In this document: in pieces, positions 1-9,663 of the stretch
How the letters are laid out: every line of letters starts with the position of its first letter
Position numbering within the stretch: the first letter of the stretch is position 1
NCBI GenBank assembly: GCA_031411955.1
Contig: JANOCC010000038.1
Location: forward strand, 21,370-85,369
DNA length: 64,000 bases
Reading direction: 5' to 3'
Source of the DNA: Ferruginibacter sp.
Lineage (GTDB): Bacteria > Bacteroidota > Bacteroidia > Chitinophagales > Chitinophagaceae
The notes under the pieces: model-generated
What the model was told of the DNA's origin: nothing
What the model saw: the letters and a program-made list of their open reading frames with translations, nothing else
Database searches by the model: none
Made by a program: the position numbers and the translations under genes

Positions 1-2
1 TA

Positions 3-2030
3 ACTGCAGCACTTAACAATAACCAGTACCAGGTGGTAATCAGTAATACCTGTCCATCAACAGTAACTACCACGCCAGCAATTTTAACTGTAAATAATCC
101 TGCAAGTATATCTGCACAGCCTGCAGGTGTTACTGCGTGTTCCGGTTCCAATGCAAACTTCAGTGTAACTGCAGCCGGTACTAATTTAACTTATCAATGG
201 CAGGTGAGTACAAATGGCGGATCAACTTTTACAAATATTGCAGGAGCTACAGCTTCTACCCTGGCGTTGACCGGTGTTACAGGAAGTATGAATGGTAATC
301 AATACCAGGTTGTGATTGCGAGTTGCGGACCAACAGGCCTTGTTTCTTCAGCCGTTACCCTAACAGTTAACAGTGCTGCAACCATTGCAACTCAGCCAGC
401 CAATACGAGTGCGTGCACAGGCGGTGGCGATGCAACATTTACAGTTACAGCAACAGGTGATAACCTAGGCTATCAATGGCAGGTAAGTACCAATGGCGGA
501 TCAACTTTTACAAATATAACCGGCGCTACTGCTGCTACTTTAACCATAACCGGCGTTACGTCGGCTTTAAACAATAATGTGTACCAGGCTATCATCAGCA
601 ATCCTTGTACAGTTTCTTTAGCAACATCACAGGCAACCCTTACCGTTAGTGATCCTGCAAGCATTACTACCCAGCCTGCTGCAGCTACTATTTGTGCCGG
701 AAACAATACCAGTTTTACGGTAGCAACTGCGGGTTCTTCTGTAACCTATCAATGGCAGGTAAGTACCGATGGCGGTACAACGTTTACTGATATTGCCGGA
801 GCAACAGCAGCCACACTCACTTTAAATAATGTAACCGGTTCTATGAATAACAATCAATACCATGTGTTGGTATTCAGTTGCAGCCCTACAGGCCTTAGCT
901 CCGCCAATGTAACGCTAACGGTTAACAGCCCGGTTGCCGTTACTACTGCTCCGGTTAATACCAGCGCATGTGTAGGCAGCAATGCCAGCTTTAGTGTGAG
1001 TGCAAACGGCACCGGCAATACATACCAGTGGCAGGTTAGTACAAACGGTGGTACCAGCTTTGTTGATATTAATGGAGAAACAGCCGCTACATTAAACCTT
1101 CCGGCTGTAACAACAGGGATGAATAATAATGTTTACCAGGTTGTGATCGGTAATAGCTGTACTGCTGCGCCTGTAAGTGCCAATGCAATTTTAACAGTAA
1201 GTAACACTGCTTCCATAACTGCACAACCGGCAAATGCTGTTGCCTGTGCAGGAACTAATAGTTCGTTTACTGCTTCTGCCAGCGGATCATCCTACCAATG
1301 GCAGGTGAGCAGCAATGGAGGAACCAGTTTTACAGACATTACTGGCCAAACCAGTACCACACTTAATTTGAGTAATGTTACAGCTTCTATGAACAATAAT
1401 GTTTACCAATTGGTAATTGGAAGTTGCGGCTCATCTAACCTTACCAGTAACCAGGTAACGCTTACAGTAAATGATCCTGCAACTATATCTTTGCAACCAA
1501 CAAACACAGCGGTATGCGATGGAGCCAATGCAAGTTTCAGCGTTACAGCAGCGGGCACAGCCAATGCCTATCAATGGAGTGTAAGCACAGATGGCGGAAC
1601 CACATTTACTGATATAACCGGAGCAACAAATGCTTCTTTAAATGTACCGGCGGTTACTGCTGCGTTGAATAACAATTTATACCAGGTAATTATCAGTAAT
1701 AGCTGTACAGCATCACTTAACTCCTCATCTGCTTTGTTAACGGTAAATCCGGCCAGTACGATTACATCACAACCAGCTGATGTTTCAGTTTGTGAAGGTT
1801 CTACAGCAACCTTCACTGTTGCCGCTACCAATGTTTCCGGAACCGGATATCAATGGCAGGTAAGTATAAACGGAGGAACCAGTTTTACCGATATCAATGG
1901 CGCAACGGCTGCAACGCTTACTGTTAGCGGCATCACTGCTTCCATGAATAACAATGTGTATCATGCTGTGATCAATGGTTGTGGTAATATCAGTTCTGCC
2001 AATGCTGTATTAACAGTTAATGCTTCACCG
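3..2030 (+). repeat. In-frame tandem array of ~275-bp (~92-aa) Ig-like modules, alternating A/B subtypes
   Basis: YQWQ motifs fall at aa 54, 147 and 239 and continue at the same spacing. Module ends alternate SC(G/S)...VTLTVN(S/D) with SN.CT...A.LTVS(N/D).ASI. Confidence 0.85.
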
Positions 2031-2537
2031 GTAGTGGTAATTACGGCAGCGCCTTATGTTAATCTTACCACCGGATTAAGTACTACACTTACTGCCAGTT
2101 CTACGCCAGCGGCAGCTACCTATAGCTGGTTTAAGAATAATGTTGCCATTGCTTCTGCTACTTCAAATACCATCACCGTAAATTACAGTGAACTTGGAGC
2201 TTATAGCGCATCCGTTACAGATGCAAATGGTTGCAGCAATACTTCCAACACTATTACCATAGCAGATTCTGTTGTAAATATTGCTTTCATTTATCCTAAT
2301 CCAAATAACGGTTTCTTCCAGGTAAGATTCCAGGGAGTAGAACTAAACAACAAAGCAAGAATGATTACTATGTTTGATGCTAAAGGCGCCAGGGTTCTGT
2401 CGCAATCTTATGTGGTATTTACTTCCTACGAAGTGATGGATGTTCATGCTGAAAAACTGAGTAAAGGTGTTTATGCCCTTGTACTTACGGATGCAGCAGG
2501 AAACACATTGGGCACAGGTAAAGTATTGATTCAATAA
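3..2537 (+). CDS. 5'-truncated secreted repeat protein (adhesin-like or protease paralog) with ~7.5 Ig-like modules and a T9SS type A C-terminal sorting domain
   Basis: The frame is open to the window edge; codons from nt 3 read [14 protein letters not shown], which is the end of another module. The ~92-aa module recurs as P..I..QP....C.G....F.V.A.G...YQWQVS.NGG.SFTDI.GAT...L....VT..MNNN.Y. The tail [15 protein letters not shown]...KGVYALVL...GKVLIQ matches Por_Secre_tail/TIGR04183-type CTDs. Confidence 0.85.
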   Translation, partial: TAALNNNQYQVVISNTCPSTVTTTPAILTVNNPASISAQPAGVTACSGSNANFSVTAAGTNLTYQWQVSTNGGSTFTNIAGATASTLALTGVTGSMNGNQYQVVIASCGPTGLVSSAVTLTVNSAATIATQPANTSACTGGGDATFTVTATGDNLGYQWQVSTNGGSTFTNITGATAATLTITGVTSALNNNVYQAIISNPCTVSLATSQATLTVSDPASITTQPAAATICAGNNTSFTVATAGSSVTYQWQVSTDGGTTFTDIAGATAATLTLNNVTGSMNNNQYHVLVFSCSPTGLSSANVTLTVNSPVAVTTAPVNTSACVGSNASFSVSANGTGNTYQWQVSTNGGTSFVDINGETAATLNLPAVTTGMNNNVYQVVIGNSCTAAPVSANAILTVSNTASITAQPANAVACAGTNSSFTASASGSSYQWQVSSNGGTSFTDITGQTSTTLNLSNVTASMNNNVYQLVIGSCGSSNLTSNQVTLTVNDPATISLQPTNTAVCDGANASFSVTAAGTANAYQWSVSTDGGTTFTDITGATNASLNVPAVTAALNNNLYQVIISNSCTASLNSSSALLTVNPASTITSQPADVSVCEGSTATFTVAATNVSGTGYQWQVSINGGTSFTDINGATAATLTVSGITASMNNNVYHAVINGCGNISSANAVLTVNASPVVVITAAPYVNLTTGLSTTLTASSTPAAATYSWFKNNVAIASATSNTITVNYSELGAYSASVTDANGCSNTSNTITIADSVVNIAFIYPNPNNGFFQVRFQGVELNNKARMITMFDAKGARVLSQSYVVFTSYEVMDVHAEKLSKGVYALVLTDAAGNTLGTGKVLIQ
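2280..2534 (+). other. T9SS type A C-terminal sorting domain (CTD) of the first cargo protein
   Basis: [19 protein letters not shown]...[12 protein letters not shown]...[22 protein letters not shown]. Confidence 0.8.
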
Positions 2538-2561
2538 CAGATAGTTTTATTTAATTAATAT

Positions 2562-2598
2562 AAAAGGCTGTCCTGTTTATGGACAGCCTTTTTTTTAT
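2562..2598 (+). terminator. Rho-independent terminator
   Basis: aaaaggctgtcc / tgtttat / ggacagcctttt gives a 12-bp stem followed by a T-run, 25 nt after the stop codon. Confidence 0.85.
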
Positions 2599-2796
2599 AT
2601 TCAATTTCTGATCCGCCTTAACAATTTTGGAAAAAAAACCGTAATTTCCTGCTTTGTATATTTTACCAGGTTTTTCACTTTATTTCTTCCAAAAATCTGT
2701 AGGATTTTACGAATAAATTAAACAGAAAGCTTTTTTATTTGTATATGATGTTAACTTGTTTAACATGTCAATTTGATCTAATTACTAAATAATATT

Positions 2797-5700
2797 ATGA
2801 AAAAAAATCTACTACTATTTGTAGCATTGCTGGGTTCATTGTTACTAAAGGCACAATCTGATGAAAAGCAGCAGGCTCTTGCACTTGTAACTAGAAATGC
2901 TGTTGAAATCGGTTTAACAAAAAGTGAGTTGGCAAACCTGTTGGTAAGTGACACCTACCTTGATAATGCCGGAGGTATGAGGATGGTTTACCTTCAACAA
3001 TCTTATAAAAACATTGCAGTTTACAACCAGCTCATCGTACTGGCATTTAAAAATGATAAGCTGGTTTCAAGATCGGGTAATTTTATCAGTAGTCTTGATA
3101 AAAAAGTAAATGGAAGTAACGCAATTCCAGCTGTAACTGCAGCGATGGCTGTACAATCCGCCTTATCTGACAGGAAATTACTGGCAGCGCAATTTCCGGT
3201 TCCACTTAATCAAACCGGCAATAAAGTTGAGTTTGGCACCTTGGGAATTTCGGAACAAAATATTACGGCCCAATTAACCTGGGTTCCTATCCTGGAAACT
3301 AATAAAGTGCGTCTTGCCTGGCAGGTTTATATAATTCCAGTATCAACTCCGGATTACTGGATGATAAGGGTTGATGCCTCTGACAGCCGCGTATTGGGCA
3401 TGGATAATTATACTGTGTATTGTAATTGGGATAAGCCCTCTGGTCCGATGAATTTCAATCAACCATGCGAAAAAGATCATGAACATAATTATAATTTCGA
3501 TTTCACCAGGAGTAAGAGTACTGTTGCAGAAACTGCACTCAGCAATAGCCCGACGATCGTTGGTTCTGCCAGTTACAGGGTAATTCCTTTTCCGGCTGAA
3601 AGCCCGATTCATCCAGGTGGTGCTCATGCACTTGTAAATAATCCATGGCTTGCCGCAACCGGAAATGCCACAACCATACGCTGGCACAATGATGGTGTAA
3701 CCGATTATACTACCACCAGGGGAAATAATGTTTGGGCTCAGGAAGACAGGAACAATAATAATGGAACAGGTACTCCGGCAACATCTACTACTTCGCCGGA
3801 TCCATTAACTTTTAATTTTACACCAAATTATACAGTTGTACCTACTCAAACCACGCCGGTTCAAAATCAGCAGTTTAATACTACAAATTTATTCTACTGG
3901 AATAATATCATACATGATATTACTTATCAGTATGGGTTTGATGAAGTTTCCGGAAATTTTCAGGAAACAAACCTGGGAAGAGGTGGCCTGGGCAGTGATG
4001 CTGTATTGGCTGATGCACAGGATGGCGGTGGCACTAACAATGCTAATTTTTCTACTCCAGGTGATGGTGGTAACCCAAGGATGCAGATGTATCTCTGGAA
4101 TGGTTCGCCACAAAAAGACGGCGATGTAGATAATGGAATTATTGTTCATGAATATGCCCATGGCATCAGCAATCGTTTAACAGGTGGGCCTTCACAAGCA
4201 GGCTGCCTTAGCAATGCAGAACAAATGGGAGAAGGATGGAGTGATTATTACGGTATCATGTATACGCAGGATTGGGCTAACTCTACTCTTACTTCAGGAT
4301 TTGATTCTCCCCGTGGTGTAGGTACATACGCAGTTGGGCAGTCGGCAAACGGCACAGGTATCAGAAGCCAGAAGTATTGTACTAATTTTGCAGTAAATAA
4401 TAAAGTATATAATACTACCATCTCCGGAGAATCTCATAACCGTGGCGAAATATGGTGTGCAACGCTTTGGGATATGACCTGGAATATCATTAACCAGGTT
4501 GGTACTATCAATCCAAATATTTACAATGCAACAGGAACGGGGGGTAACAGTATTGCTCTTAAACTAGTTACCGAAGGTATGAAGCTTCAACCCTGCAGCC
4601 CTGGTTTTATAGATGGAAGGGATGCAATCATACGGGCAGATCAGTTATTATATGGTGGTGTACATGAGTGTGCCATCCGTGAAGCTTTCCGGAGAAGAGG
4701 TATGGGTGCATTCGCATCGCAGGGTTCTTCTTCCAGTGTTTCAGACCAGGTTTCGGATTACAGTTTAGGCGGGGCAAGCTTTGTGCTTACTCAGAATGGA
4801 ACAACACAGGTACCTGAAGGCGGTTTGATCACCTATACCAACAGGGTTTCTACCAATGCATGTGGCTCGATTTCAAATTTCACATTAACTGATACACTAC
4901 CCGCTAACGTTAGTTGGGTATCGGGAGGAAATTACAATGCCACCACAAGGGTTGTAAGCTTTCCGGTAAACATGACCGCTGCTCAAACGCAGGATTACTC
5001 TTTTACGGTACAGGTGAATGCAGGAGCTTATTTTCCCACTGTAACTTTGTTTGAAGATAATGTTTCGGGAGCAACCATACCTGCTGCTACCTGGACAACC
5101 AATTCAACTACTTCGGTAAACTGGGTAGTTTCCAACGACAGAAGCCATAGTTCGCCATCATCTTATTATTCTTTTAACCAGGATGTGCAATCTGACCAGA
5201 AATTATTTTCCACTAACAATATAACATTAACAGCAACCCCACCACCTTTATCCTTCTGGCATTGGTATAGTGCCGAAAGTACTTATGATGGCGGTGTACT
5301 GGAGATCAGCACCAATGGTGGTACAACCTGGACCGACCTGGAGCCAAATTTCATTTCCGGAGGATATACAGGATCTATGGATGGAACAACATTATTAGCT
5401 GGCCGAAGAGCCTGGACCGGCAGTTCAAACAATAATTTTATTAAAACAAAAGTAAACCTTACGCCATTTGCTAATCAAAATATCAAGCTACGTTTCCGGT
5501 TTACAACGGATGTAGGAACCAACCTTGAAGGATGGTATGTAGATGATATTGCCATTAAAGACCAGGCTGTGGTGGAAATCCGATCAAACTTATTTACCCA
5601 GAATGGAATTAAGGTAGGCGTAAGTGATAGTATAGCAATCATCCTGCCGCCAAATTCCTGCACAAATGTTGCAGCCACCATACCACCTGCAAACACAATT

Positions 5701-7821
5701 GCATGTACCGGAAGCAGTGCCAGTTTTAGTGTAATTGTAGCTGGTACAAACCCAACGTATCAGTGGCAGGTAAGTACAAATGGCGGCACTTCTTTTACAG
5801 ATATTGCCGGAGCCAACACTGCATCGCTTGATCTTACAGCGGTTACAGCCGGGATGAATAATAACCAATACCAGGTGGTGGTTAGCAATGCTTGTCCTTC
5901 AACTATAACTACTGCCGCTGCCGTATTAACTGTAAATGAACCTGCAAGCATAACTTCCCAGCCTGCAAGCTTTACGGCTTGCTCGGGAGTAGCGGCCAGT
6001 TTTAGTGTAACCGCTACCGGTACGTCAAATAGTTATCAGTGGCAGGTAAGCACTGACGGTGGCAATACCTTCACAGATATTTCAGGCGCAGTAAATGAAA
6101 CGCTTAGCCTGGCAGCAATTACTGCGGCAATGAACAATAATCAATACCATGTGGTTGTTTCAAGCTGCAGCAGCACTGGCTTAATCTCAGCAAACGTAAC
6201 TTTAACGGTTAACAGTCCTGCAGCCTTTGTTTCGCAACCTGATAATATTACTGCCTGCGTATCTACCAATACTAGTTTTACCGTGCAATCTTCGGGTAGC
6301 AATGTTAGTTACCAGTGGCAGGTGAGCAATGATGGCGGAAATACATTTACGGATATTGCCGGTGCCAATGCAGCCACGCTTAATTTAACAGCTGTTACAT
6401 CATCCCAGAACAACTATCAGTATCATGTTATCATCAGCAACGGATGTACAGCGGGCGTAACTTCTGCCAATGCAATACTAACGGTAAGCAATACTGCTTC
6501 TATTACCGCGCAACCGGTAAATATAACTGCCTGCGTAGGAAGTGCTGCCAGCTTTAGTGTTGGAGCCTCCGGAACCGGATACCAATGGCAGGTTAGTACA
6601 AATGCAGGTTCCAGCTTTACAGATATACCGGGAGCCACAAACCAGGTATATGATTTAAGTGCTGTTACAGCTGCCATGAATGCTTCTCAATATCAATTGG
6701 TAGTTAGTACTTGCGGCGCATCGCCACTCATATCAACACCTGCGGTATTAACAGTTGTAAGCCCGGCATCTATCACTTCGCAACCGGCTAATACCACGGT
6801 GTGTGAAGGGGGAAGTGCTTCTTTTAGCGCTGCTGCTACCGGAACTGCTGTGTTGTATCAATGGGAAGAAAGCGTAGACGGCGGAATTTCATTCTCTCCC
6901 ATTTCGGGTGCTACCGGTACAACGTTAATCTTACCCGGAGTAACTGCTTCCATGAATAATAATGTTTACCGGCTGGTAGTAAGAAACGATTGCACTGTGA
7001 ATTTTACTTCTAACAACGCTGTTTTGAGTGTAAATGCAGCCACCGCAATTGTTAATCAACCAGCAGATGCCACTGAATGTGCTGGCAGCAATGTTACTTT
7101 TACTGCCAGTGCAACAGGCTCTGGCTTAAACTATCAATGGCAGATCAGTACAGATGCTGGTGGATCTTATAGTGATCTTGCCGGTGCAATAAGTGCGTCG
7201 CTAACGGTAAATGCTATTACTTCATCCATGAATAATAACAGATACAGGCTGCAGGTTTCTGGTTGCAACAGCGTTAATACAAATGAGGCATTGTTAACAG
7301 TTAACCCTTTACCAACTGTTGTTATAACGGCTTCTCCATATTTAAACCTTGCGGCAGGGCAAAGTACCACGCTTACTGCGGCAGCAACACCCCTATCCAG
7401 TTCTATTAACTGGTATGTAGGTGGTGCCTTAAACCCATCGCTTACAGGCAGCACTATTACTATAAACTTTAGTGAACTGGGTATTTATTATGCCACTGCT
7501 ACGGATGCAAATGGTTGTGTAAATTCTTCCAATAGTATTACGATCGCAGATTCCCTCATCAGCACGGCTTTTATATATCCTAACCCAAATAATGGTTACT
7601 TCCAGGTGCGGTACCAGGGTACTGACCTAAGCAGTAACGGAAGGATCATCACCATGTATGATTCCAAAGGAGCAAGAGTTTTATCCAGGAATTACATTGT
7701 GCAAACTGCTAATGAAGTAATGGATGTGCAAGCAAAAAAATTAAGCAAAGGAGTTTATGTGCTTGTGCTTTCAGACAAGAGTGGCAAGAAATTAGGAAGT
7801 GGAAAAGTATTGATTCAATAG
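2797..7821 (+). CDS. M36 (fungalysin-family) zinc metallopeptidase precursor: signal peptide, FTP propeptide, M36 catalytic domain, DUF11/CARDB-like and jelly-roll domains, six Ig-like modules and a T9SS CTD
   Basis: HEYAHGISNRLTGG (nt 4147-4161 encodes HEYAH) plus a downstream MGEGWSDYY third-ligand motif. The N-terminal signal is MKKNLLLFVALLGSLLLKAQS. The FTP-like segment reads MRMVYLQQSYKNIAVYN. The tail [15 protein letters not shown]...GKVLIQ is a CTD. Confidence 0.85.
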   Translation: MKKNLLLFVALLGSLLLKAQSDEKQQALALVTRNAVEIGLTKSELANLLVSDTYLDNAGGMRMVYLQQSYKNIAVYNQLIVLAFKNDKLVSRSGNFISSLDKKVNGSNAIPAVTAAMAVQSALSDRKLLAAQFPVPLNQTGNKVEFGTLGISEQNITAQLTWVPILETNKVRLAWQVYIIPVSTPDYWMIRVDASDSRVLGMDNYTVYCNWDKPSGPMNFNQPCEKDHEHNYNFDFTRSKSTVAETALSNSPTIVGSASYRVIPFPAESPIHPGGAHALVNNPWLAATGNATTIRWHNDGVTDYTTTRGNNVWAQEDRNNNNGTGTPATSTTSPDPLTFNFTPNYTVVPTQTTPVQNQQFNTTNLFYWNNIIHDITYQYGFDEVSGNFQETNLGRGGLGSDAVLADAQDGGGTNNANFSTPGDGGNPRMQMYLWNGSPQKDGDVDNGIIVHEYAHGISNRLTGGPSQAGCLSNAEQMGEGWSDYYGIMYTQDWANSTLTSGFDSPRGVGTYAVGQSANGTGIRSQKYCTNFAVNNKVYNTTISGESHNRGEIWCATLWDMTWNIINQVGTINPNIYNATGTGGNSIALKLVTEGMKLQPCSPGFIDGRDAIIRADQLLYGGVHECAIREAFRRRGMGAFASQGSSSSVSDQVSDYSLGGASFVLTQNGTTQVPEGGLITYTNRVSTNACGSISNFTLTDTLPANVSWVSGGNYNATTRVVSFPVNMTAAQTQDYSFTVQVNAGAYFPTVTLFEDNVSGATIPAATWTTNSTTSVNWVVSNDRSHSSPSSYYSFNQDVQSDQKLFSTNNITLTATPPPLSFWHWYSAESTYDGGVLEISTNGGTTWTDLEPNFISGGYTGSMDGTTLLAGRRAWTGSSNNNFIKTKVNLTPFANQNIKLRFRFTTDVGTNLEGWYVDDIAIKDQAVVEIRSNLFTQNGIKVGVSDSIAIILPPNSCTNVAATIPPANTIACTGSSASFSVIVAGTNPTYQWQVSTNGGTSFTDIAGANTASLDLTAVTAGMNNNQYQVVVSNACPSTITTAAAVLTVNEPASITSQPASFTACSGVAASFSVTATGTSNSYQWQVSTDGGNTFTDISGAVNETLSLAAITAAMNNNQYHVVVSSCSSTGLISANVTLTVNSPAAFVSQPDNITACVSTNTSFTVQSSGSNVSYQWQVSNDGGNTFTDIAGANAATLNLTAVTSSQNNYQYHVIISNGCTAGVTSANAILTVSNTASITAQPVNITACVGSAASFSVGASGTGYQWQVSTNAGSSFTDIPGATNQVYDLSAVTAAMNASQYQLVVSTCGASPLISTPAVLTVVSPASITSQPANTTVCEGGSASFSAAATGTAVLYQWEESVDGGISFSPISGATGTTLILPGVTASMNNNVYRLVVRNDCTVNFTSNNAVLSVNAATAIVNQPADATECAGSNVTFTASATGSGLNYQWQISTDAGGSYSDLAGAISASLTVNAITSSMNNNRYRLQVSGCNSVNTNEALLTVNPLPTVVITASPYLNLAAGQSTTLTAAATPLSSSINWYVGGALNPSLTGSTITINFSELGIYYATATDANGCVNSSNSITIADSLISTAFIYPNPNNGYFQVRYQGTDLSSNGRIITMYDSKGARVLSRNYIVQTANEVMDVQAKKLSKGVYVLVLSDKSGKKLGSGKVLIQ
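5650..7310 (+). repeat. In-frame tandem array of six ~92-aa Ig-like modules (B-A-B-A-B-A), in register with the array of the upstream paralog
   Basis: YQWQ/YQWE motifs recur six times. Module ends alternate SN.C... with S.C(G/S)... subtypes. Confidence 0.85.
7564..7818 (+). other. T9SS type A C-terminal sorting domain of the M36 peptidase
   Basis: [19 protein letters not shown]...ITMYDSKGARVL...LSKGVYVLVLSD..G..LGSGKVLIQ. Confidence 0.8.
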
Positions 7822-7852
7822 GAATCGTTCAAACAATCATATTTATTTATTT

Positions 7853-7892
7853 AAAGAGGCTGTATCGCACTTATGATACAGCCTCTTTTTAT
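7853..7892 (+). terminator. Rho-independent terminator
   Basis: aaagaggctgtatc / gcacttat / gatacagcctcttt gives a 14-bp stem followed by tttttatt. Confidence 0.85.
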
Positions 7893-8115
7893 TAGCATTC
7901 CTTAAAGAGAACCTACTCTGTTTAAGAAAATCTCAGAACTATTTTTAACAATGGAATAATCTCTTTTTATTGCGGGTTGAATATATTTTTTGACAACCTG
8001 CATTCCCTTTTAAAATTGTACGAAGCTTTTAAGGAAGAAACAAAATCAGAATTTAGTTTGGACATAAAAAAAGCCCTGCATTTCTGTAAGGCTTAAACGC
8101 AATAATTTTATGAGA

Positions 8116-8679
8116 TTACCTGAGTCTTTGAATGTACTCGTTACTTTTAAATTGCTTTTTAACATCGTTAAGGTCTCTTAAAACCGTAGCATCAATCAAC
8201 ACATCGCCCAATTCCAGTTTAAAGCCTCCGATAAGCTCATTTTCTACTGCTGTTTCCAGTTCAATATTCTGAACGGGTGTATTAGCGCGAATCTTGCTGA
8301 TGATCACTTCCTGCAGTTCATTGCTCATTGGAACAGCTGTAGTAAGTTTTATTTGATGAATATCTTTCAGTTTGTTGTACTGGTCTATAAAAGCAATGGC
8401 GATCTGAGGGAGGTTACTTTCCCTGGCCTTGCGTACAAGTAATTTAATAAAAGAACTAGTGAGGGCATTTACTCTTCCATTGGTAATTGATTCAATTATC
8501 TTCTCCTTTTTGTCGGGATTGATAACCGGGCTGGTAAGCACTGCTGTAAAATCGGGATTTGATTTGCAAATGGAGTGGATAAATTTCATATCAGCACAAA
8601 CAGCATCCAGTACATTCTGCTCAATTGCGAGATCCAATAAACTTTTTGCATACCTGCCTGCTAACCTTGGATTATTCAT
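8116..8679 (-). CDS. atpH: F0F1 ATP synthase subunit delta (OSCP)
   Basis: 187 aa reading MNNPRLAGRYAKSLLDLA..., with typical delta/OSCP length and N-terminus. It follows atpF. Confidence 0.85.
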   Translation of the reverse strand: MNNPRLAGRYAKSLLDLAIEQNVLDAVCADMKFIHSICKSNPDFTAVLTSPVINPDKKEKIIESITNGRVNALTSSFIKLLVRKARESNLPQIAIAFIDQYNKLKDIHQIKLTTAVPMSNELQEVIISKIRANTPVQNIELETAVENELIGGFKLELGDVLIDATVLRDLNDVKKQFKSNEYIQRLR

Positions 8680-8756
8680 TTTAGTAGCTATTAGCTGTTA
8701 GCTATTAGTTGATGGCAAAGTAATTTACCTGGGCACCCAACTAATAACCTGTTTTG

Positions 8757-9251
8757 TTAATTTAATTTAATTTCTTCAGCAAGTTGTTTGATATAATTTT
8801 CCTGCTCGCCTTTATTTGCCAATTCTCTCCTTAACACTTTTTCACTCACTTCAATAACCATTTTACCTACCTGATTTTTAATGTCGGTGAGTGCAGCCAT
8901 TTTCTGGTTGTTAATAGAAGCATTAGCATCAGTAATGATCTTTGCCGCCTGAACTTTTGCTTCTTCCTTGGCATCATTGATCATTTTATCCTTTATCTCT
9001 TTTGCTTCTCTCAACATAATAGCTCTTTCTTCCCTGGCTGCTACAAGCAAAGCTTCATTCTCACTTTTCAGCTGCGACATTTCGAGTTTTACCTTTTCGG
9101 CAGTAGCTATTGAGTTGGCGATATTTTCTTCTCTGTCATTTAAGCCTTTTAAGATAGGTTTCCAGGCAAATTTCTTAAGTATGAACAGAACAACTAAAAA
9201 TGCCAGAACCGTCCAGACGATCAAACCTAAATGCGGTAATAAAAGATCCAT
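8757..9251 (-). CDS. atpF: F0F1 ATP synthase subunit b
   Basis: 164 aa with one N-terminal TM helix and then a long charged coiled coil (EAKVQAAKII...). It sits between atpE and atpH. Confidence 0.85.
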   Translation of the reverse strand: MDLLLPHLGLIVWTVLAFLVVLFILKKFAWKPILKGLNDREENIANSIATAEKVKLEMSQLKSENEALLVAAREERAIMLREAKEIKDKMINDAKEEAKVQAAKIITDANASINNQKMAALTDIKNQVGKMVIEVSEKVLRRELANKGEQENYIKQLAEEIKLN

Positions 9252-9320
9252 ACTATTAATATATTATTTGTTATTAGTTAGGAGCAACGTTTTCACGTTT
9301 CCATTATTATAAGTTAAAAT

Positions 9321-9359
9321 ATTACTGCATCCTCCGTCCTGTACTTTGGATGCAGTAAT
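9321..9359 (-). promoter_or_regulatory. Perfect 12-bp stem-loop in the atpE-atpF intergenic spacer
   Basis: attactgcatcc (9321-9332) pairs with ggatgcagtaat (9348-9359) around a 15-nt loop. Confidence 0.5.
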
Positions 9360-9371
9360 GAGTTTGTGCGA

Positions 9372-9638
<267 letters not shown>

Positions 9639-9663
9639 TTATTGTGAGAAAAAAAATACTTAT

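Noticed and set aside
473-7454. Multiple 60-115-aa antisense or off-frame ORFs inside the two repeat-protein genes (e.g. 473-706, 1571-1831, 3343-3687, 5760-5951, 6423-6677, 7167-7454)
   Set aside because: They lie entirely within long, well-supported plus-strand genes. They recur once per repeat unit, so they mirror the repeat, and they have no recognisable motifs.
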